From Lepidodermella squamata (taxonomy: Eukaryota > Animalia > Gastrotricha), in assembly GCA_047495785.1 (NCBI GenBank), contig JBLDXI010000010.1, forward strand, positions 186,001 to 250,000: a stretch of DNA of 64,000 nucleotides, in the 5' to 3' direction. The notes beneath the pieces were generated by a model. It was not told the origin of the DNA. It saw nothing but the letters and a program-made list of their open reading frames with translations, and made no database searches. Position numbers and translations under genes: made by a program. The first letter of the stretch is position 1; the number at the start of each line of letters is the position of its first letter. Below, one piece after another: positions 38,781 to 48,742 of this stretch.

Positions 38781-38985
38781 TCGTGGTTGTCGATTGATAG
38801 ATTAGCGGATAAAAAAACCACGTCAATATCAGCAAAATTAAGGTAAGGGTAACAGTCGTAATTTGTTTCGTTCGTTTAGACAAGGAACTGGCAAAGCTTG
38901 GGGATGGTTGCAGCGGCGCAGGCAAAATTAGTGGTCTCTGAATGTGAGACAGGTCAGGAGACGAAAGTGAGTGCATTTTCCCCAA
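38764..38985 (-). CDS. Possible small membrane protein between integrase and penton
   Basis: One hydrophobic segment; fills the intergenic gap; no recognised homology. Confidence 0.25.
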   Translation of the reverse strand: MGKMHSLSSPDLSHIQRPLILPAPLQPSPSFASSLSKRTKQITTVTLTLILLILTWFFYPLIYQSTTTNASSK

Positions 38986-39003
38986 CCTGATTTACTATCC
39001 TTT

Positions 39004-40051
39004 TTATATTCTTTGAAGCTCGAAATTATAGAACACACGATTCAACTGTTTTCCTTGCCCCTCCGGTTTCACTCGATAGGCAACAGTCGAATTTCCATTT
39101 TGAGGAATAACTTTTGATACGAGATAGATTTTCTCAGAAAAAGTAGGGTTCTTCACACGATTCTTGAAAGTTGAACGTTTCTCCATAATACGAACGCGAT
39201 CACCGACCTTGAATTGAACCCGAACTGATCGAATATTCGAGAATATAGTTTCAAAGGCCAGGAAATTATCAAAATGCTCATCATAAACAGTCATTAGTCC
39301 GGGCTCTGAAAGTTCCATGTTCAGTTTGGGAGATGCGCCCAAAGATTATTCGGACTCATTTGAGTAGTTGAATTTGGACAAGAGTTGATTGAGTGAAGAA
39401 AATCACCCAATTTATCGATAAATTTCTTGGTATTGTTCGCCATCAGGTAACGAACAATCCGCATGCGAATATTGCGGATAAAAGTTTCGATTGAGCCGAC
39501 CTTTTCGTTGACTCGGTTAGGTAAAAATGCGAATGCAATTCGTTTTCAATGTAGTTTCGAACTCGCTTGTCCTTGAATTCTGACCCTTTGTCAGTAATGA
39601 ACTGATGTGGAACTAAGCCAACGTCTACCATTATCTCCTTCAATGCAGATAGAACCACCGCCCCAGTTTTATTACGAAGAACTTTTAGCCAACATTTGCG
39701 TGTGTATAAATCTTTTACACATAAGATGTATTTTTGACGCCTATTGTTAAATTGGTACTCCTTGGTAATTTCCAGCAAATCAGCAGCAAAGCAGGAACCC
39801 TTGGAGTAAACAGCCACTCGGCGGAAAAGCTTTCTATTTCGCGTTGAAGCTTGTTTAAACCGAGAATAAGCCGGTTGTTTAGAGAGCCATTCTCTGACTG
39901 ACTTGTACGTGATCAAAGGATTATTTGGATATTTTGAAACTGCAGCATCATATAAAATTTTTATAGAACGGAAACTGCTAGGAAGCTCAGGCGAGTAGTA
40001 CAATGGGTGTAGAATATCATCAAGCTCAACAATTTCGACATCGGAAGTCAT
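39004..40051 (-). pseudogene. Retroviral-like (rve) Polinton integrase; frameshift at ~39510; probable intron 39306-39355; no chromodomain
   Basis: LYYSP..SF, FAADL (D), ITDKGSEF (D), KVGSIETFIRNIR (E, in the shifted frame), spliced TQMKPGLMT, FKVGDRVRI, FYNFELQ. Confidence 0.88.
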
Positions 40052-40073
40052 TATCACAAGTAAAAATGAATTT

Positions 40074-43000
40074 TTATTGTTTATAACCGAATGGGATGGT
40101 TTCAAAGGTTGCAAAGTTCGAGATTACTCGTTTTTGAAATTTGAAACTAAGTGTTTTTATAGTATTTTCAATGGCAACTTTTGCATACGGCTTGCAGTGG
40201 AATCGGCGCCAGACTTGTTGTTCAAGCTCTAGTCGTGTCTTCTCACCACCGCAGTTGACAGATTTCAGGATGTTCATAAAGCTTTGGAAATTCGTACGCT
40301 TTTTGAGCGCGGAAGTCAATTGAAATCCTTTCATCCTGATGCATGTGTTGCCCTGGGATGTTTCGTACATGTAGGTTTTTGGGGCGAGTCCGATAAACCT
40401 GAAATATTATTCCATGAAAAGCTGTTCAATTATAAAAACAAAAAAAATTGACTCACTTGGTAATATGTTCATTTGCATTTAATTCCGGTTTCCATTCCCC
40501 AAGAAAATTGCCAACATGCAACGGCTGAGGTCCTCCAGGTCGCTCGACGTAAATGCAGGAGTCTGCGAAGATATGGTGAGATTTAGCGTCAGCAGATCCT
40601 ACCCTGAGCTTCACCTGAGTTTCAGCTAACCTACCCTGAGCTTCCCCTGAGCCTCAGCTAATCTACCCTGAGCTTCCCCTGAGCCTCAGCTACCCTAACC
40701 TGAGCTTCCCCCTGAGCCTCAGCTACCTTAACCTACCTTAACATGAATCCTAATGATAGGATTCATAAAACCGAATCACTTCGCACTGGTTCAGATCCAA
40801 TGCTAGGCGAAGTTCTGTTGTGGTAACGAAGATTCGGTAGCATCGCTCGTCATCGGAGTGAGTACACTCGGCCTGATGATTCATCTCCATACAGGATCTA
40901 CAGTTGCCTACGATATAATTGTTTAATTTTCGTGAGATTTGAGATAAAAATTTATTACTTACCGAACTTCAGGTACCCTTGAGAGGTGCGATATGCCAAT
41001 AATGGGATGAAAACATCTCTTCGCGGCAAGATCAACACGTGCGTTAACCCGAAAGTCGGTGTAATTGTTGAGTAGAAATGAGCGCGAAGTTCCAAGTGGT
41101 TATTTCGCAGTTTCAAAACGTCCTCATTGACCGGTCCATAAGGTAAGAATACGTCATAGTAACCATCCTCTTGAGATCCGATCTTGCCACTCAAAATTGC
41201 TGGGTAGAGGCTTTTTAAGGTCATATTTACACACGAGTTTTTTTTTTTAAATTATCATTAATTTAACCTATTTACGTCGAGATACTTGATCTTCTGGTCG
41301 GGTGACGAGGAAACGTCGTAAAACAGGCAAAAACTTTCGGTGCGGCCACCCATGAAACTATCACGTGGTAACGCCCTAGAATTCTCAGAATAAGAGACAT
41401 TTTAAAAATTACACCTTAATTCTTACCTGTCAACAATGTCCAGGGTGCGTTCAATCTCCCCGGTCAGTACCGCATCGTCGCTCATGGCTTTCTTGGCTTC
41501 GCACGCCCAAATGCTGGTCAGATTGTATCCTGCAGCGCGAATTGCACCATCGCGTTCTTCTGTATCCTTGAATAAGAACCCAAATGATACTTTCCGGACA
41601 GGATGAATTTTATTGGCCGCTTCAGGAAAGCACCTGGTAAAAATTCAGAAATGTTTTGATTTTAGCTTGTAAGTGTTTTTTGACATACTTCATGCAGCCA
41701 TGGCAAAAACAGCCGTGGTACATGTACACCTCGAGAATCTTGTTGTTTGCGTCGTAAACAACCCCGTCAGGGTGGAATCTTCGGAACTTGGAATTCTCAG
41801 GGAGTTTTATACACAACTCCCCATTTGAGTTGGCTGCATGTTGAATGCGTTTCCCGGTTTTTCGAGCCACGAACTCGAAGTAAACAATAGATTCCCGCGA
41901 GTAATTCGCCCTAAAAATTCCCATGACTTACATTTTATTTGTTTTTCAACTTCAGGATTAATTCATACCCCTTCGCGTAGCCAGTGTTTGGAACAAGGTG
42001 AATAGGTGTCGCAGGATCCAGGTAGAGGAAGCGCCAAATGAAATTCGAAAGAGATGCCAGGGTTCGAACCTCTGAAAGTTATACGAATGAAAATAAAGAT
42101 CCAGGCTGATTTTATAATCATACCCCATATAGCGTCGATGCCTTCCGGACACTTGTCGTCTCGGGTTGTGAATTCTCGCAACACCGATCGGAACTTGATT
42201 ACAGCTCTATGCAGCAAATTTACATCGGACTGGCAGTAATTAATCAGCTGATTACGAAGGTGGAACTTTTGATGCTGATTTTCAGCTAAGAATTGTTGCA
42301 ACTCAGCGAGTTTTGAATCCGAAAGCCGGTTTGTGTCATAGTCATCCAAGGTTGGGAAGTCTCGCTCGTTATCGGAAAGGAAATTCGCTGATGTCAGCAA
42401 TTTATAGGGAAAAAATTCCTTTCCAGTTGCATTCGCATCCTCATCCAGACCGAAGCAGTGGAAAAGCGAAGCCAACGATGACATGGAGAGGAGGTAAAAG
42501 TCTCGAAATACGATTGCTTTTTTCTCAACAGATAGCTCGATAATTGTGTTATTTTTGTAAATATGATCGAACTGATAATCGTGCTGTTGTAACCATTTCA
42601 GGACCATAAAATTATCGAATCTATAGCGAGATTAAATTAAATTTTCGAAATCTAACTCTTCGATTTTCCCACCTTGAACCATTATGAGAGAGAAGTAAAA
42701 TTCCAGAATACTTTTCTCGCAGCAAAAATTTCATAAACTGGTTTACACAGGTGGAATCCGCACCAGTTGAAACGAAGATCTGCTGGCGCGGGTCGTCACC
42801 AGTACACGATTTGGGACACGTTGCGGTGACAAGCATGTGTTGACACGAGTCACAAAACATGTTCAACACTATCACGACTGGCACTAGTTCTCCGGTTTCC
42901 AACTGAATTGTTTCGGTATCCCAAGCTCCGGCAATTCGCAGAGGATCTTTGCGAAGCCTGCCTGGTTGAATGACACAGCTGTGTTCCTCGTCACCCTCCT

Positions 43001-43810
43001 CCGAGCTTATTGGCCCGTTACAAGTTCGACACGTCCGAGATTGACCTATAGTCACATTGTAGCAAAAATTAAGGTGGATTTTTTCACATTTCATCAACTC
43101 ACAGTTATGTTTTCCCTTTTGCGCTATCCCAATTTTCCTACCGCACTTGCCGCACATGAAGTAGGACTGGCAAATGGTCGCAGCTCCGAGTGTTTCAGGT
43201 GTCTGGTGATTCATGAACATAGATATAGTTCAGTAGAGATCGCCCACTCGCGTGAAAAAGGGTGTACGCCATGGGCGCCAGATGGTTAGCTGATTCATCA
43301 GAGGCTTGGAGGCCAAGTAAACAAAATATTCGATTCGTTTTTTGTCGGTTCCGATCGAAATTTCTCAATTTCTCAATTTTCGTTGATGGTTCCAGATAGG
43401 TGACATTACAAGGAACATGCTGGTTATTTTTTCATGATTTTTAACTAAATATGGACCACCAAAATCAAAGAAAAATGATTTTGCGATTGGAAATAAAATG
43501 AATTATCACCAGTAGCGGAATCGAAATTGAAGCAGTTTTTTAGTGGTCCGTGTAGCACAGATCGAGCTCTACAATGTGATACTTGGAGCGGACTTGGATG
43601 AATTTTTATCAATTTCTCTACCAAACCTTCGAATTGCGAATTAATTTTCGATAAAAGTTCCAGTATTTCCAAGCCGCTTTCATCATCCTCATCGGCGTCG
43701 TCTTCAAATCCAAACCCTATCTGATCTGAAGGATCGATCGCTTGCGAGGAATATTTGAAAACGTCCATCTTGAATCGCGGAGAATAGCAGAAAAACCCGT
43801 GAAAATCCAT
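40074..43810 (-). pseudogene. Protein-primed family B DNA polymerase with 9 complete introns; motif B region deleted; 5' end degraded and uncertain
   Basis: Spliced motifs WDTET, HNGSR|FD, YCQSDV, TLASLS, HGCMK|CF, PRDSFMGGRT, YLDVNS|LYP, F|GNCRSC, |DSCIY, GNFLGEW, K|FIGLAPKTY, MKGF, TIPFGY. Confidence 0.92.
40598..40742. repeat. ~33-bp tandem repeat with telomere-like subunits at the pPolB deletion
   Basis: About 4 units of CTACCCTGAGCTTCCCCTGAGCCTCAGCTAA, then CCTTAACCTACCTTAAC; adjacent hairpin at 40743-40766. Confidence 0.85.
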
Positions 43811-44227
43811 TTTTCACTAATGAAGATGGAAAATAGTTGCCCGATTTTCACGAATAATGATAATAAATTGGGTTCGGCTAAAAACTCATAGGGATATAAT
43901 GCTCATTTGAAAACTGTCAAGTTTCATTCCTCGAGAACGTTAGCTTATTTAAATGACTTTTCAACGGTTTACTCGTTTCCGAATGATGTCTCCAAATTCA
44001 TATTTTTATTGCATATTTAGCAACTGTTTATGAATTTTTATTGCTGATCAGCACGCGTTGTAAAGGTCTCCGCACAAACTCTGCATGAAATAAGTAGACA
44101 AGTTTTGCGTTAAGTTTTTTGCCTCGCTCGCATGTTTTAAGAAAAACATATCACATACGACCGATTCACAAACTCTGAATGCGTAAGCGTTATGTATTTT
44201 TGCAACGAGGCCTGATCGCTTAAAAAA

Positions 44228-44303
44228 GTCGTGTGGTGAGCGGGGTTCGAACCCGAGCCTCCCATCGTCGAGGCCAGTCAATAACCAACCTCGCCACAAC
44301 GAC
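44228..44303 (-). ncRNA. tRNA-like Pol III unit 1 (not a canonical tRNA)
   Basis: A box TGGCGAGGTTGG, B box GGTTCGAACCC, GTCGT/ACGAC terminal stem, immediate T6 terminator. Confidence 0.55.
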
Positions 44304-44582
44304 TTACGCAAACAGTGAGATAATTTCTCCGGTTTTAATCGTGCCACCATCACAACTCTGCGAACATTGAAGTTGAAAATATTAATTATTATGACTAATT
44401 GAATAATTATCAAAAACTCGATGGAAATTCAGGAAAAAATCATAAAAATTCCCTGTACCTTTTTGGGATAAATAAATAAGAAATTTTAAGTGCTCTATAA
44501 ATAATTACCAATTATATTAATTAATAATTGTATCACGATGCGTGATCCGTCAAGTACTGATTACTACAACTCGAAATCATGC

Positions 44583-44658
44583 GTCTTGTTAGTGTAATCG
44601 GTGTTATGCCGATCTCACAAACAAGTCACCCGGGTTCGATCCCCGGTCAAAGCAAGCC
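44583..44658 (+). ncRNA. tRNA-like Pol III unit 2 (not a canonical tRNA)
   Basis: A box TAGTGTAATCGG, perfect T arm CCGGG-TTCGATC-CCCGG, CTTGT/GCAAG stem, T6 terminator; anticodon stem does not pair. Confidence 0.55.
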
Positions 44659-45465
44659 TTTTTTAGGTGACAACGCCGTTCAGCAAAAACATAACGCATA
44701 CGCATGCAGAGTTTGTGAATAGGGTCCGTATGTGGTCGTATGTTTTTCGTCGTATGCGTAAGTAATTGGCCGTATGCGTAAGCAAAAAAAAAGATACGGA
44801 GTTTGTGCGGAGACCTTAATAAAAAGCGACCCGATTTCAAGTGTTTCTCAATTTTTATTACAATATCCGCACATTAAATCGCGTACAATCGGGTTGCTTG
44901 AAAACTTTTATTACTTAACGGCGCACCATATTGACACATGTCATCGGGCAGCGTCTAAGAAAAAAAAATACAATGAATTTTGATTGATTTATGTCTTTAA
45001 GAACTTACACTTTTCCGGATCCTGTTCCATATATGATCTGAATGAATGAAATGGAAATTTAGCTATTTTGAATTAAATGTAGTCATGAAAAATCATACCT
45101 GAGGATCCCATCGATTTCCAGTGTGTGTAAAACGGTCTATTTCTAATTTCTATGAATAACTTCGTTCGAGCAAACTGCGACGGAATGTGATGATTCCGTC
45201 AACATTAAAGGCATTGGCGAAACAGTACAACGATGAACTTGAAATGTGGATAACTGCTCCAGATTAGAATTGATTCCCCAGAGTTTCATTGCGAAATCTT
45301 AATTTTTATTACAGCAGTTCTTCTTTCCATAGCATCGGAACAGCCTAAGATCATAGACGCTAAATTTAAGAATAAATGTACGCAGTTTCAATGGCATGCT
45401 ACTACTACATAGTAGCATGGACGTAGGCTATTAACATTCAGTCGAGTGTGTGTCGCGTCCAATTT

Positions 45466-45921
45466 TTATTTCTCATATAGTATCGCATATAATATAGTTT
45501 CAAGCTGCGTCAGAGGTGTAGTTAAATCTTTAATGCCAGTCACTATTATCCACCCCGACGAAAATACATTCACGCATGTTGAACCATTGGTCAAATTTTT
45601 ACACCGCAGTGCCGGAAATCTAGTATTATCATATATCACTCGCGCACAGAGTTTGGCAACACGAGCTATTAAGGCCTCAGTTATGTTTATTCCAGTTGGC
45701 ATCTTTCCCGCAAGAGTACTGTTTACCAGGCGAATCTTAGATACCTTTATGGCAGTGTTGTCTTGTCGCTGTAGTTTCCTTGCCAGTTTTCGCCCATAAA
45801 TTTTTGCCAGTTCAGGATTCTTCGTAAAAAGCACTACTTTCCCGTTTTTAAATAGCAAAGCGTTGAAGTGCGGCTCTTTAATGACGAGAGCATTTGGAAA
45901 CTTTTGTTTAAGCTCAACCAT
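45466..45921 (-). CDS. Divergent TATA-binding-protein-like protein inside the Polinton; true start may be upstream
   Basis: Two TBP-like repeats: KFPNALVIKEPHFNALLFKNGKVV and VNSTL..INI..YDNTRFPALR..VNVFSSGWIIVTGIK. Confidence 0.75.
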   Translation of the reverse strand: MVELKQKFPNALVIKEPHFNALLFKNGKVVLFTKNPELAKIYGRKLARKLQRQDNTAIKVSKIRLVNSTLAGKMPTGINITEALIARVAKLCARVIYDNTRFPALRCKNLTNGSTCVNVFSSGWIIVTGIKDLTTPLTQLETILYAILYEK

Positions 45922-46528
45922 TTTGAAGAGGTGAATAATGCCGGCAAATTGAAATTGAATATAAATTAGCCTTGATTTTGTCTTGTATGTATCTTATATT
46001 TTTATAAAGCTATCCAGCTTGTCAACAATTGCTGTTGCCTAAAAAATTGTTGTTACATCACTACTACACTATCTGCACTCGTAAAAAGCAATTTTTGTTA
46101 TCATTTGCCAATGTCCTATTCATCTGTAAACTGTCCTGCAATTACATGTTTCACTTTCAAAGTACCTCTTGTCAAGCTGCCCTCTTCTGGGCGTTAAAGC
46201 TTATAAATAAATAAATAAATTCCGGAGATCAAATTGTACCCCCAGCGAGAGTGTGGAAACAACATTTTGCACGGTAACATCAATTTCAAGCATTTAATAT
46301 TCCAAGAAAAATGAGAAAATGAGTTGACATGACGAATTTACTTGCTTTTTATTACATTCTACCTGTTAACGACTTCTCTGCATATACATTGTATAAATGG
46401 TGCCGAGATGCAACGCTCAGTTTTTAAAAATAATTTTTTGGCGAAATCTTACAAAATTTATATCAACTGTACAATACCTTGTCATATTCTTACGCATCAT
46501 TTTACTTGGCAACTTTACTTATCCTGAA

Positions 46529-46760
46529 ATGGCTAATCCTCAAATAGCTGAAATTTTCTTTCAACTATTTGTAAACCTGTAAGTATTTAATGTCAAAAAA
46601 TTCAACATACCTTATATTTTTTTCTTTCTTCAGCTACGACGAGGCAGGTCAAATGTATGATCACTTGCAGAACTCAGTAGCCAGCTACAACACTATCATC
46701 CAGATATTATGGGACATTCACGGATTACTCGTACCTCATCCTCCTCCACAGCCCCCCTAG
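46529..46760 (+). CDS. Possible small two-exon accessory gene (intron 46579-46633)
   Basis: Consensus GTAAGT..TTTCTTCAG 55-nt phase-2 intron joins MANPQIAEIFFQLFVNL to YDEAGQMYDHLQ. Confidence 0.35.
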
Positions 46761-47467
46761 TCCTCCTGTGGAGGAGGAAAATGCCAACTGGTGACCTGTA
46801 TATAAAAAAAAATAATCAACATTATTACAATATTATTAAACATTATATTAACCTTTGTATTTCGAAATCGCTATCGAAATCTAATCGAAGTAAATGTAAA
46901 GATTGCACTCCATGGCTTTTCTCAATCCAAGGATACAAATAGAAAATGCAGTCGAGTTTCACTAACTGTTTTATGCTGAAATGTCTTTCATTACCAGAGC
47001 GGAATCTACACATATGACGAAAAGGTTGAGTCCGCATTTATTATCATAGCAAGTTGCCGTTATCTCAAGCTGACATTTTAAGAATATTCGCAGCTGACCG
47101 TTGGCGAGACATAAAACGTGACAATTCCAGAGGGTACTTTCACTCTTGCAAGATGACTCATGCATTGGTTACTTTTGCGTCACATGCCCATTACATTTTA
47201 GAAGTTTGAATTTATGTATGCCGGAAGAGTCAAGGTCATATTTTGGTATTTTGGCGCTGAAATAATGGTTGGCGGGAAAGTTTCAATTTTCCTTTTCAAA
47301 AACTAGCGAGTGACCGTAGAAATTTAAAAAATTCAAATTTTGACTAGGGTTTCGGCGGGAATATCGTGTCTCGGAATTATTTTGACGCTAATATTTTCCG
47401 TCAAGGTCAAATTTTTGCCGGGAAAATTTCAAAATATTTTTCCGTTAGGAAAATCAATCGATATCGA

Positions 47468-47931
47468 TTAGGGTTAGTGTTAATGATTATGGTTAAACCC
47501 TAGGGTTAGTGTTAAGGATTAGGGTTAAGCCCTAGGAATAGTGTTAAGGATTAGGGTTAGGGTTACGCCTATTTTGGCGGGAAATTAATTCAAAATCAAT
47601 CAATATCGGTTGATCGATATCGGTTATCGGCTAGGGTTAGGGATTATCGATTAGGGTTAGGGTTAAGGATTAGGGTTAAGCCCTAGGGTTAGTGTTAAGG
47701 ATTAGGGTTAAGCCCTAGGAATAGTGTTAAGGATTAGGGTTAGGGTTACGCCTATTTTGGCGGGAAATTAATTCAAAATCAATCAATATCGGTTGATTGA
47801 TATCGGTTATCGGCTAGGGTTAGGGATTATCGATTAGGGTTAGGGTTAAGGATTAGGGTTAAGCCCTAGGGTTAGGGTTAAGCCCTAGGACTAGGGTTAG
47901 GGTTAAGGAATCCAGTTAGGGTTAGGGTTAG
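47468..47931 (+). repeat. Degenerate TTAGGG telomere-like array with a 183-bp internal duplication, in the Polinton terminal region
   Basis: Many TTAGGG/TTAAGG/TTAGTG units; 47498-47680 repeated from 47681; CCCTAGGG palindromes. Confidence 0.9.
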
Positions 47932-47988
47932 CTCAAGGTCAAGGTCGCGCGGGAAAAATTCAAATCGGAAAAACCGTTAACTTTTCCT

Positions 47989-48016
47989 CCCCCCCCCCCC
48001 CCCCCCCCCTACTACT
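47989..48016 (-). other. Polinton terminus: 5'-AGTAGTA followed by a long G run on the minus strand
   Basis: Plus strand reads C(n)TACTACT; (AGT)n ends are typical of Polinton TIRs. The next 6 bp, CATGGC, would be the TSD. Confidence 0.7.
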
Positions 48017-48262
48017 CATGGCGATAAGTGAAGCTGGTTGTGAGGGAAAGAAAACGACACTGGTGTTCTATGTGAAAAAAACTGAAAATGCCGATGAAAT
48101 TTGAACATCCCTTTTAAATGCTTATTTGTCTACTTGGTTTGACCATCTGCCTCTGGCTTCGTGGCGCCACTATTGTCGTGACGCAAATGCCGGATGGCAG
48201 TTTGCGTCACCACTGCATTTGCGTGTTTGAGGTGGAAAACAGGCGAACACGATCCCGGGGTA

Positions 48263-48742
48263 TCGGGGCGTAGCTGAATGAAAGCATATCAGCAACAAAA
48301 TCAACATAGATGAAGATTCCAAGCGGGTGAATTTTCTTCGCTTGAGCAGTTCGACATGTCAGTCATCTTCGGCCAAACTATGCGACCGCAATAATATTGA
48401 CTGTGAATTTTCATATTTCTTTTCTTTAACCACGAAGAAATTTACTCCTTCACACCGTTGAAATAAAATCAAGTGTCGTATTGATTGCATAAACTCATGC
48501 TTTAACAACCTATAAAATGACCTTACTTGTGTCACTATTAATACTAGCTTCAATTTGTTTAAAAAATCTACGTCTTCGGATGGCTCGGACGGTGTGTTGC
48601 TAAAATCGCCGCGGCGATGCATGCAGGTCAAATTGAAATGAATAAACAAATCAGTAGTTTATTAATTAACGCCTAAAATATGTTAAAAACTGTAAATATT
48701 GACTGCGCGAGTATCAATTCAACGGTAAAGTCTTGCAGCTTC
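48263..48742 (+). repeat. Right, uninterrupted copy of the 480-bp direct repeat
   Basis: Matches 29687-29975 plus 32445-32635. Confidence 0.95.

Larger units (their letters stand above)
32636..48016 (-). mobile_element. Polinton/Maverick (adintovirus-like) endogenous virus, intron-rich and decayed; right terminus at 48016, left end not found (start coordinate approximate)
   Basis: Co-oriented pPolB, integrase, penton, core protein, MCP, adenain-like protease and packaging ATPase; terminal CTACTACT reads 5'-AGTAGTAG on the minus strand. Confidence 0.93.

Noticed and set aside
37030-39520. Frame breaks in MCP (~37045) and integrase (~39510) as introns or programmed frameshifts
   Set aside because: No GT-AG segment or slippery site, and sequence is missing rather than extra; best explained as deletions or sequencing errors.
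44228-44658. Functional tRNA genes
   Set aside because: Anticodon arms are non-canonical and extra bases separate the T arm from the acceptor strand; kept only as tRNA-like.
47468-47931. True chromosome end or CRISPR-like array
   Set aside because: The repeats are degenerate, internal and flanked by genes, with no unique spacers.
48177-48210. Hairpin GTGACGCAAA..TTTGCGTCAC just outside the viral terminus
   Set aside because: A single short hairpin with no supporting context.
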